Source of the DNA: Rhodothermales bacterium
GTDB taxonomy: Bacteria; Bacteroidota; Rhodothermia; Rhodothermales; Bin80
Direction: 5' to 3'
DNA: 64,000 nucleotides
NCBI GenBank assembly: GCA_022822185.1
Contig: JAJECE010000077.1
Location: 2,504 to 66,503, forward strand
Shown here piece after piece: positions 1-7,514 of this stretch. How positions within the stretch are numbered: the first letter of the stretch is position 1; every line of letters starts with the position of its first letter. Both the position numbers and the translations under genes were made by a program. The notes below the pieces were generated by a model that saw only the letters and a program-made list of their open reading frames with translations, was not told the DNA's origin and searched no databases.

Positions 1-2950
1 TCTCACCAATAGAATTAATGGAGAACACGCGGTAGTGACGCGTCGTGCCTGGCTGAAGCCCCGTATGCCTGTAGGTCGTACCGATGCTCTCCGTATTTGC
101 TGCCAAGTCAGTCCACAGTGTTCCCGAATCATTTGACACCTGAATCCGATATCCCGTAATGGATACCCCGCCGTTATCGACAGGGGCATTCCAGGAAAGA
201 TGAATTTGAGTGCGCCCCGAAACCTGTGCACTTAGTCTCGTGGGGGCATCGGGCCTTGTCGTCACCCCCACGGTGGCACTCACCACATTGGACGGATCAC
301 TCGCACCGATGGAATTAATGGCATAGACGCGATAATGGTGCGTCGTGCCCGGTGTAAGATCAGTATGCGTGTAGGTTGTGGTAGTGTTTTCAGTATTCAT
401 CACCAGATTCGTCCAGAGAGTCCCTGCATTGCTAGATATCTCAATACGGTAGCCCGTAATCACTGCTCCACCATTACCCGATGGAGCAGTCCAGGAAAGT
501 TTGACATGGTCATGCTCAGAAACCGTAGCACTTAACCCGGTGGGTGCATCAGGCCTGACTGCTGTATCTGTGGTTGTATTCGCTACATTTGAAGCAGAAG
601 TGCTTTCACCAACAGAGTTAATGGCATAGACGCGGTAATGGCGCGTCGTGCCCGGCTGAAGGCCCATGTGCTCGTAGGTCGTACCAGTGTTCCCGGTATT
701 TGTTACCAAATCTGTCCAGATATTTCCCGAATTCATAGACTCCTCAATCCGATATCCGCGAATCGCCGCACCGCCATCATTGGCAGGAGCAGCCCAAGAA
801 AGAATAATTTGAGTATATCCTTTAGACTGTGCCCTTAAATCAGTGACCCGTTCTGGTCTGACTGCTGCATCCGTTGTAGCATTGGTCACGCTGGAAGGAT
901 CACTGGTGCCAATAGAGTTAATGGCAGAGACACGATAATGACGCGTCGTTTCTGCCTGAAGCCCAGTATGCGTATAACTGGTTCCGGTTACATTTGTTAT
1001 CAGGTTCGCCCAGGTGGCACCTGCATTTGTGGAGACCTGAATCCGGTATCCATGAATGGCCGCTCCACCATCGTCTGTTGGAGCGGTCCAGGAAAGATTA
1101 ATCTGCGTGCGCCCGGAAGCCACTGCCCTTAACCCCGTTGGGGCATCGGGTCTCTCTGCTGCATCCGTGGTGGCATTGACCACATTGGAAGGATTGCCTA
1201 TACCGACAGAATTAATGGCAGAAACACGATAATGGTGTGTCGTTCCTGGCTGAAGTTCCGTATGGGCATAACTGGAAATGCCAATACCACCACCTGTATT
1301 CGCTACCAGATCCGTCCAGGTGTTCCCGGTATTTGCAGATATCTCAATCCGATATCCACGAATCGCCGCTCCACCGTCATCCTTCGGAGCTGTCCAGGAA
1401 AGATTGATCTGCTCACGCCCTGAAACTGTTGCACCTAAGCCGGTCGGCCTACCCGGTTTGGATGCTGAATTTGTTGTTGCACTGGATATGTTGGAGGGCA
1501 AACTCGCCCCGACAGAGTTGACGGCCCGAACAAAGTAATGATAGGTTGTTTCAGGCCTTAGATTCGTGTGGGAATAAGTTGTGAATGCATTTCCTGTATT
1601 TTCCACTAATGTTGTCCATTCTCTCCCTGCATTTGTAGACAATAGAATCTCATACCCACTAATATCTGCTCCACCGTCGTCCTTTGGAGCAGTCCAGGAA
1701 AGATTGATCTGAGTAGGTCCAGAAGCGGTCGCACTTAACCCGGTCGGATTACCCGATCTGCTTGCTGGATTTGTTGTCGCACTGGCCCTGTTGGAAGGCA
1801 AACTCACTCCAGCAGAGTTGATAGCCCGAACAAAGTAATAATAGGTTGTTTCGGAAGTGAGATTTTTATGAGAATAGGCCGTGGTTGCATTCTGCGACAA
1901 CTGTGTCCATGCCCTCCTTGAATCAGTAAACACCACAATCTCGTACCCACTGATGTCCGCTCCGCCGTCATCCTTCGGGGCAGTCCAGGAAAGATTGATC
2001 TGAGTAGGTCCGGAAGCGGTCGCCCTTAATTCAGTTGGCGCATCTGTTCTGGTTGGTGGATCTGTCGTCGCATTGGCACGATTGGAAGGAGGACCTGCAC
2101 CTACGGAATTGACTGCACGAACCCAATAATGATAGGTTGTTCCACCTCTGAGATTCGCATGAGAATAGGTCGTAGCAGCATTTCCAGTGCTGCCTATCAA
2201 GTTCGGCTGGACTGCGGTTAAATCCGTAGACATCAAAATCTGATATTCACTAATGTCCGCTCCACCGTCGTCCTTTGGAGCAGTCCAGGAAAGATTGATC
2301 TGAGTTCGCCCAGAGGCTGTCGCACTTAAATCAATTATTATGCCGGGCCTACTTGCTAAATCTGTGGTGGCATTAGCCACATTGGAAGGATCGCCTGTGC
2401 CGACAGAATTAATGGCAGAAACACGGTAATGGTATGTTTTTCCCGGAGTAAGATTAATGTGTAGATATCTCGTAATCGTACTGGCTGTATTTCGTGTCAC
2501 ATACGCCCATGTATCTCCCGCATCCACTGACACCTCAATCTGATAACCATGAATCGCCGCTCCGCCTTCATCGGAGGGAGCAGCCCACGAAAGACCAATT
2601 TGAGTGTGCGAAGAAACTGTTGCCTTCAGCCCGGTGGGAGCATTTGGTACAGTTATCGCATGTGTGGTTCCACTGGCCACGGCAGAGGGATCGCTTTCGC
2701 CTTCAGTATTGATCGCGTAGACGCGGTAGTAATAGGTCACTCCACCCCTGAGATCTGTATGGGAATAAGTTCTGTCTGCGACCCCGGTATTTGAATCTGC
2801 GTCAGTCCAGGTTTGAGTTCTCGATGGATTTTGCTCGTCTGCCGGTGGGTCTGTCGTAAACTCAATCCTGTACCCAGTGATTTGAGTTCCGCCATCACTT
2901 GCCGGTATATTCCATGTGAGATTGATCTGAGTGCGTCCTGATGCTGCCGC
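1..2950 (-). repeat. Tandem ~300-bp coding repeats (10 Fn3 modules)
   Basis: The plus-strand marker tccaggaaag, or a close variant, recurs near 190, 490, 793, 1088, 1393, 1693, 1984, 2284, 2584 and 2911 (spacing 291-327 bp). Each unit translates on the reverse strand to one ~100-aa Fn3 domain. Confidence 0.85.
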
Positions 2951-3130
2951 AGTCAAATTCCGAGGGACATCTGGTGGAAAATTTCCATTGACTTTCGCAG
3001 ATATTCCAATAGGAATAAACAGTATAATTGAAAATAGAAAGTACGCTATACACGGTATACCCTCCACGGAAAATGAGCGTAAGGAAGTAAGATGGACAAC
3101 TGAAGGTGCCCTTGATCGGTCTAATTGCAT
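1..3130 (-). CDS. Fn3-array cell-surface/secreted protein, N-terminal ~1043 codons (CDS continues past the left window edge)
   Basis: Absent from the ORF track because it has no stop codon inside the window. My translation of the reverse strand from ATG 3130..3128 gives MQLDRSRAPSVVHLTSLRSFSVEGIPCIAYFLFSIILFIPIGISAKVNGNFPPDVPRNLTAAASGRTQINLTWNIPASDGGTQITGYRIEF...GVTYYYRVYAINTEGESDPS...PNAPTGLKATVSSHTQIGLSWAAPSDEGGAAIHGYQIEVS. This is a hydrophobic signal/anchor followed by repeated fibronectin type III hallmarks. The same frame is still open and Fn3-like at the window edge (LWTDLAANTESIGTTYRHTGLQPGTTRHYRVFSINSIGE, about 120..2). I did not translate every codon in between. Confidence 0.85.
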   Translation of the reverse strand, partial: MQLDRSRAPSVVHLTSLRSFSVEGIPCIAYFLFSIILFIPIGISAKVNGNFPPDVPRNLTAAASGRTQINLTWNIPASDGGTQITGYRIEFTTDPPADEQNPSRTQTWTDADSNTGVADRTYSHTDLRGGVTYYYRVYAINTEGESDPSAVASGTTHAITVPNAPTGLKATVSSHTQIGLSWAAPSDEGGAAIHGYQIEVSVDAGDTWAYVTRNTASTITRYLHINLTPGKTYHYRVSAINSVGTGDPSNVANATTDLASRPGIIIDLSATASGRTQINLSWTAPKDDGGADISEYQILMSTDLTAVQPNLIGSTGNAATTYSHANLRGGTTYHYWVRAVNSVGAGPPSNRANATTDPPTRTDAPTELRATASGPTQINLSWTAPKDDGGADISGYEIVVFTDSRRAWTQLSQNATTAYSHKNLTSETTYYYFVRAINSAGVSLPSNRASATTNPASRSGNPTGLSATASGPTQINLSWTAPKDDGGADISGYEILLSTNAGREWTTLVENTGNAFTTYSHTNLRPETTYHYFVRAVNSVGASLPSNISSATTNSASKPGRPTGLGATVSGREQINLSWTAPKDDGGAAIRGYRIEISANTGNTWTDLVANTGGGIGISSYAHTELQPGTTHHYRVSAINSVGIGNPSNVVNATTDAAERPDAPTGLRAVASGRTQINLSWTAPTDDGGAAIHGYRIQVSTNAGATWANLITNVTGTSYTHTGLQAETTRHYRVSAINSIGTSDPSSVTNATTDAAVRPERVTDLRAQSKGYTQIILSWAAPANDGGAAIRGYRIEESMNSGNIWTDLVTNTGNTGTTYEHMGLQPGTTRHYRVYAINSVGESTSASNVANTTTDTAVRPDAPTGLSATVSEHDHVKLSWTAPSGNGGAVITGYRIEISSNAGTLWTNLVMNTENTTTTYTHTDLTPGTTHHYRVYAINSIGASDPSNVVSATVGVTTRPDAPTRLSAQVSGRTQIHLSWNAPVDNGGVSITGYRIQVSNDSGTLWTDLAANTESIGTTYRHTGLQPGTTRHYRVFSINSIGE

Positions 3131-3741
3131 GATATACATAGGTTTTGAAATGTTGCAGCCAAGAGGCCCGAGTGTCAATATACTGAATTTAAAAGAAACT
3201 ATGGAGAATTGCAATATGTCCGGTTTTTCCGCAAGCCTTAAGCCAAACGGGAAGCAACCCTTGCGAACGTTGCAAAGCCTCCTGCCCGTGTGAGGTACCA
3301 CCAGAATCCCCAGACATGAACGGAACCTGTCTAGTCTAATCTAGACGGATTTTCGTACGAATGCGTTTATCCGAACCAAATTGCGGATGAAATTAGTGAC
3401 ACTGTAAAGACATTGGATGCCCCGCAGGGCATCTCTCCCAATGTCGATACACTTGCCTCTGCTAAGAGGCTGACAAGCGAACTTGACCTAAACCCGAACA
3501 CGGATGAACTCAAACCAATATGGGATCCTCGGACGGATGCCAAAAATAAACAATCCACTCATAAAGGGAAATCTTCCATTCAAGAATGGCTTGAACTCAA
3601 TGCACTGACCACCTTTCCCTACTGCTGCATTGCAGGCAGGTCATTCACAATCCTGTATCCCCGTAGCCAAAAGCACAGAGGCCCCTGGATGAGAAGATTG
3701 TTTCATCGGGACTGGACCAGTGGAAGACTGCGTCGGATGCG

Positions 3742-5262
3742 CTATCCATTTTGAATGTTAATCAGAACATTTCCCGTCATTCGCGGCGGAATCGGCACAT
3801 CCATGAGATGCAGTATTGTGGGAGCAACATCACCCAGTTTTCCCGGACGGATCGGCCCGTCAAAGCCATCCCTGATAATCAGATGCGGCACAGGTACCGT
3901 AGAATGAGTTGTATTCGAGGATCCATCCTGATTCCGCATACAGTCGGCATTCCCATGGTCCGCAATAATACTGATACTGTATCCTGCCGCAAGCGCGGCT
4001 TCCACCACAACACGCACGGCTTTGTCCACGGCCTCCACCGCCTTGACTGCCGCCTCAAATACCCCCGTATGACCAACCATATCCGGGTTCGCAAAGTTGA
4101 GACATATAAAATGAAATTTCTCTTTCTTCAACTCCCTAGCCGTACGAACCGCAAGTTCCGGTGCACTCATTTCCGGCTGAAGGTCATAAGTGGGTACTTT
4201 CGGAGAGGCAACCAGTACGCGCTCCTCTCCCTCAAATAACTCCTCACGCCCTCCGCTGAAGAAAAAAGTGACATGTGGATACTTCTCCGTTTCCGCGCCC
4301 CTCAACTGCCTCAAGCCTGCTCTGGCGACAACTTCTCCCAGTGTCTGGTCAAGATCGACCTTATCAAATGCCACCGGTAACCCAAATTTCCTGTCGTACG
4401 GCGTGAACGTAGCGAAATACAGATTCTGGAAGGGAACGACTTCAAACTCGGCATCAGTCGGAGTTTGGGTAAATGCATTTACCAGCTGGCGCCCCCGGTC
4501 CGCCCTGAAATTGAAAAATATCACTGCATCCCCGTCGGTGATGCACGCCGGCTCAACAATATGCGGCTCAATAAATTCATCCGTGATGCCCGCCGCATAA
4601 CTTGCACGGAAGGCCGCGGCTGCCGTCTTGCAGGCCTGCCCTTCTCCGTGTACAAGCATTTGATATGCTTTCCGTGTACGTTCCCATCTGTGATCCCGGT
4701 CCATCGCATGATAGCGACCGGCCACCGTGACAATCCGTGCCAGATGCCCGGCCTTCGCTTCAAACTGCCGCACATAATCCAGCCCGCCATGCGGGTCCGC
4801 ATCTCTGCCGTCTGTAAATGCGTGGACGCAGACCTGGTCCCGGGAAAGCCCCTCCCGCTCTGCCAGTTCACAAAGCGTAATGAGATGGTTCAGATGGCTG
4901 TGCACCCCGCCGTCCGAAAACAGCCCCATCAAATGCAGCCTGCGATTTCGGGCATGCCGCGCAGCGGTGACGAGTACCTCGTTCGCGAAGATTGAACCAT
5001 CTTCAATGGCCAGATCAATGCGGGTAATATCCTGATTCACGATACGGCCGGCCCCCAGATTCATATGCCCAACCTCACTGTTGCCCATCTGCCCGGGAGG
5101 CAGCCCAACCGCCCTGCCTGATGCCTCCAGTATTCCATGGGGATACTTCGCAAACAGGTCATCCAAAAATGGTTTGTGCGCCTGATCAATTGCACTCACA
5201 GATGGATCTGCGGCAATGCCATATCCGTCTAGAATGATGAGAATATGCTTCCTTAACAGCAT
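3742..5262 (-). CDS. gpmI: 2,3-bisphosphoglycerate-independent phosphoglycerate mutase
   Basis: 506-aa ORF. ILIILDGYG..., GQMGNSEVGHMNLGAGRIV (catalytic Ser region) and a C-terminal ADHGNAD motif are typical of cofactor-independent PGM. Confidence 0.95.
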   Translation of the reverse strand: MLLRKHILIILDGYGIAADPSVSAIDQAHKPFLDDLFAKYPHGILEASGRAVGLPPGQMGNSEVGHMNLGAGRIVNQDITRIDLAIEDGSIFANEVLVTAARHARNRRLHLMGLFSDGGVHSHLNHLITLCELAEREGLSRDQVCVHAFTDGRDADPHGGLDYVRQFEAKAGHLARIVTVAGRYHAMDRDHRWERTRKAYQMLVHGEGQACKTAAAAFRASYAAGITDEFIEPHIVEPACITDGDAVIFFNFRADRGRQLVNAFTQTPTDAEFEVVPFQNLYFATFTPYDRKFGLPVAFDKVDLDQTLGEVVARAGLRQLRGAETEKYPHVTFFFSGGREELFEGEERVLVASPKVPTYDLQPEMSAPELAVRTARELKKEKFHFICLNFANPDMVGHTGVFEAAVKAVEAVDKAVRVVVEAALAAGYSISIIADHGNADCMRNQDGSSNTTHSTVPVPHLIIRDGFDGPIRPGKLGDVAPTILHLMDVPIPPRMTGNVLINIQNG

Positions 5263-5282
5263 GATCGTTGCTTCAAATAGAT

Positions 5283-6134
5283 TTAGTCAATACGGTAATC
5301 ATGAACAATTTTGGCGGTAAGCCCGCTCCTCGACAGATATACATTCATGGAACGACATTTTGGACAGGCGATCTGCATGGTTCCGGTGCGATCAGATCGG
5401 GAAATCGGCCGGTCAAAGTAATGCCGCCGGGTTGCGCAGTAATACGCTCCCTTCGCAGGATCCAACCCCTGGATCGGCTTGGGCAGACGCTGCACCGCTT
5501 CGTAATACTTACACGCATGGGTTACGGCGCAATTTGAGCAGTCAGGGCTTCGGGCGGTGCAGGTATATCTGCCATGGAGAATCAACAGATGGTGAACCCG
5601 CCCCCAGTCCCCTCTGGGGATGACCCGCTTTAGTCCCCGTTCCACCTTGAGCGGGGTCCCGGCCTCCTCCACTAGGCCAATCCGGTTCGCTACACGGAAC
5701 ACATGCGTGTCCACAGGCAACGCATCCGGGTCCCCAAATGCAACCGAAGAAACGACCTGTGCAGTCTTTCTCCCCACTCCCGGCAACTTCATGAGAGAAG
5801 CCTGATCTTCCGGAAGTTTCCCGTCATATCTGGACATCACCATGGATGCCATGCCGACTATATGCTTCGCCTTATTATTTGGATAGGAGATGGAGGCAAT
5901 GATCTTGACGACCTCATCGGGTGTCGTTGCAGCAAGTGCTTCAAACGTCGGCCATGCCTTGAACAGCTCCGGCGTGACTAGGTTAACACGGGCATCCGTG
6001 CACTGCGCAGAGAGAATCACGGCAACAATGAGCTCATATTCACTTGCGAATCTGAGTTCCGTCTCTGGGCGTGAAATCACATTTGAGAGCGCGTCAATCA
6101 CCATGTGTGCGCGCTTTTTTCTGCCTAAGTACAT
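5283..6134 (-). CDS. nth: Endonuclease III (DNA glycosylase/AP lyase) with a 75-aa C-terminal extension
   Basis: Helix-hairpin-helix LPGVGRKTAQVV, VDTHVFRV, and a 4Fe-4S loop C192-x6-C-x2-C-x5-C208. The extra tail (residues 209-283) contains C233, H238 and C257-P-K-C260. Confidence 0.9.
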   Translation of the reverse strand: MYLGRKKRAHMVIDALSNVISRPETELRFASEYELIVAVILSAQCTDARVNLVTPELFKAWPTFEALAATTPDEVVKIIASISYPNNKAKHIVGMASMVMSRYDGKLPEDQASLMKLPGVGRKTAQVVSSVAFGDPDALPVDTHVFRVANRIGLVEEAGTPLKVERGLKRVIPRGDWGRVHHLLILHGRYTCTARSPDCSNCAVTHACKYYEAVQRLPKPIQGLDPAKGAYYCATRRHYFDRPISRSDRTGTMQIACPKCRSMNVYLSRSGLTAKIVHDYRID

Positions 6135-6149
6135 AGACCTTTAAAGGGT

Positions 6150-7337
6150 ATGCAGTTAACTCACTCAAGGCTGCGACTGTTCATCCTCACCGCCCTGATT
6201 ACCACGGGGTGCCCTTTCAACGCAAACGCCCAGATCTCGGATTCCGCACAGGTATCTATCCTGACGATCTACCCTGGAGAGGCCATCTATTCTCTATGGG
6301 GACACAGCGCCCTTCGGATTGAGGATCCAGTGACACAAACTGACATCGCCTATAATTATGGGACTTTTGATTTTCGGAACCCGCTCTCCTTCATACTGCG
6401 CTTTGCCTACGGGAAACTGGACTATCAGTTGTCTTTGAGTTACTCCCCTGCCCTGCTTGAACATTCCTGGCTTTCACTCGGACGGGGTGTTGTGGAGCAG
6501 CGGCTCAATATGACCGCGGAAGAAACCCGTGCTCTGTACGAATACCTGTCCATTAATGCGCTGCCGGAGAATCGTGTCTACCGCTATGATTTTCTGTATG
6601 ACAACTGCTCTACGCGAATCCTTGACGCGCTGGAATCTGCACTCCAGACCGAAATTGCAGAGTCAACTCCAGCGGATCAGTCGTTTCGGGACATGATCCG
6701 CCCCTACCTGCGAACCCATGCAGGATTGGATTTGGCGATTAACCTCGCAATGGGGATTCCCGTGGATCAGAATGCGACCGAACGGCAACGGAGTTTTCTT
6801 CCCATTGAATTACAGAACTTACTGGAAAATGCAGAAAATTCCACGGGGGCCCCATTGGTCGCACAAACCGACACCCTCTTTGGAAATCCGACTTCGCCAC
6901 AGCCGCGGCAAACCATGTCACTGCCCACCATCATCGGGTGGATGATATTACTGACTGCGTTCATCCTCTCTGTACGTGACCTTCCTCGCCCTCGGAACCG
7001 AATTTTTGACACGATTCTGCTGGGAATTGTCACTGTACTCGGACTCCAGATCACCTTCTTCTGGGGCATTTCTCTTCACGAAATCACCCGCCCCAATCTC
7101 CATATCCTGTGGGCCTGGCCACTACACATTATACCGCTTTTCTTTGCTCAAAAATCATGGACAACCATCTACTGGTACACTGCAATGGGGACGGCGATTC
7201 TTTTTGTAGTCGGCATCCCCTGGTGGGCACAATCTCTGCCCCCTGCAACTCTCCTGGTGGCACTGGCGGTAGCACTGCGATGCTTTATTCTTGCCCGAGT
7301 ACCGCGTACGGGATTTGAACCCGTGTTACCGGCGTGA
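6150..7337 (+). CDS. DUF4105 (Lnb N-terminal-like) domain membrane protein
   Basis: Signal peptide, then SILTIYPGEAIYSLWGHSALRIEDP...YNYGTFDF, as I recall for DUF4105. The C-terminal half has about five hydrophobic helices. The last 38 nt, including the stop codon, overlap tRNA-Glu on the opposite strand. Confidence 0.8.
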   Translation: MQLTHSRLRLFILTALITTGCPFNANAQISDSAQVSILTIYPGEAIYSLWGHSALRIEDPVTQTDIAYNYGTFDFRNPLSFILRFAYGKLDYQLSLSYSPALLEHSWLSLGRGVVEQRLNMTAEETRALYEYLSINALPENRVYRYDFLYDNCSTRILDALESALQTEIAESTPADQSFRDMIRPYLRTHAGLDLAINLAMGIPVDQNATERQRSFLPIELQNLLENAENSTGAPLVAQTDTLFGNPTSPQPRQTMSLPTIIGWMILLTAFILSVRDLPRPRNRIFDTILLGIVTVLGLQITFFWGISLHEITRPNLHILWAWPLHIIPLFFAQKSWTTIYWYTAMGTAILFVVGIPWWAQSLPPATLLVALAVALRCFILARVPRTGFEPVLPA

Positions 7338-7372
7338 AAGGCCGGCGTCCTAGACCCCTAGACGAACGCGGC
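7300..7372 (-). tRNA. tRNA-Glu (anticodon UUC)
   Basis: Hand-folded cloverleaf of the reverse complement: acceptor GCCGCGU/ACGCGGU (G1-U72 wobble), D arm GUCU..GGAC, anticodon stem CCGGC/GCCGG with loop CUUUCAC, T arm ACGGG-UUCAAAU-CCCGU, discriminator A. No encoded CCA. Confidence 0.9.
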
Positions 7373-7381
7373 AAAATTTAT

Positions 7382-7459
7382 TGGGGTGACCGAGGGGACT
7401 TGAACCCCCGACCTCCAGGGCCACAACCTGGCGCTCTAACCGCCTGAGCTACGGTCACC
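7382..7459 (-). tRNA. tRNA-His (anticodon GUG) with encoded G-1 and CCA
   Basis: The reverse complement is G-GUGACCG-UA-GCUC..GAGC-G-CCAGG-UUGUGGC-CCUGG-AGGUC-GGGGG-UUCAAGU-CCCCU-CGGUCAC-C-CCA. The extra 5' G pairing with C73 is the tRNA-His hallmark. Confidence 0.9.
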
Positions 7460-7514
7460 ATCTAAGCAAAGCCTATACATACACTTGTACGGCCCAAAGT
7501 AATGAATGATCAAT

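Noticed and set aside
335-1423. Recurrent + strand ORFs of 63-66 aa at 335, 638, 938 and 1232 with similar sequences (M.RR....K......G...), which look like a small-gene family.
   Set aside because: They are antisense-frame shadows of the tandem Fn3 modules of the minus-strand gene complement(<1..3130). Their periodicity simply follows the 300-bp coding repeat.
3413-3754. A 113-aa + strand ORF in the gap between the Fn3 gene start and gpmI.
   Set aside because: It has no recognisable motifs, it overlaps the gpmI stop region, and its composition is atypical. It is more likely the 5' UTR/promoter region of the Fn3 gene. I cannot exclude a small protein.
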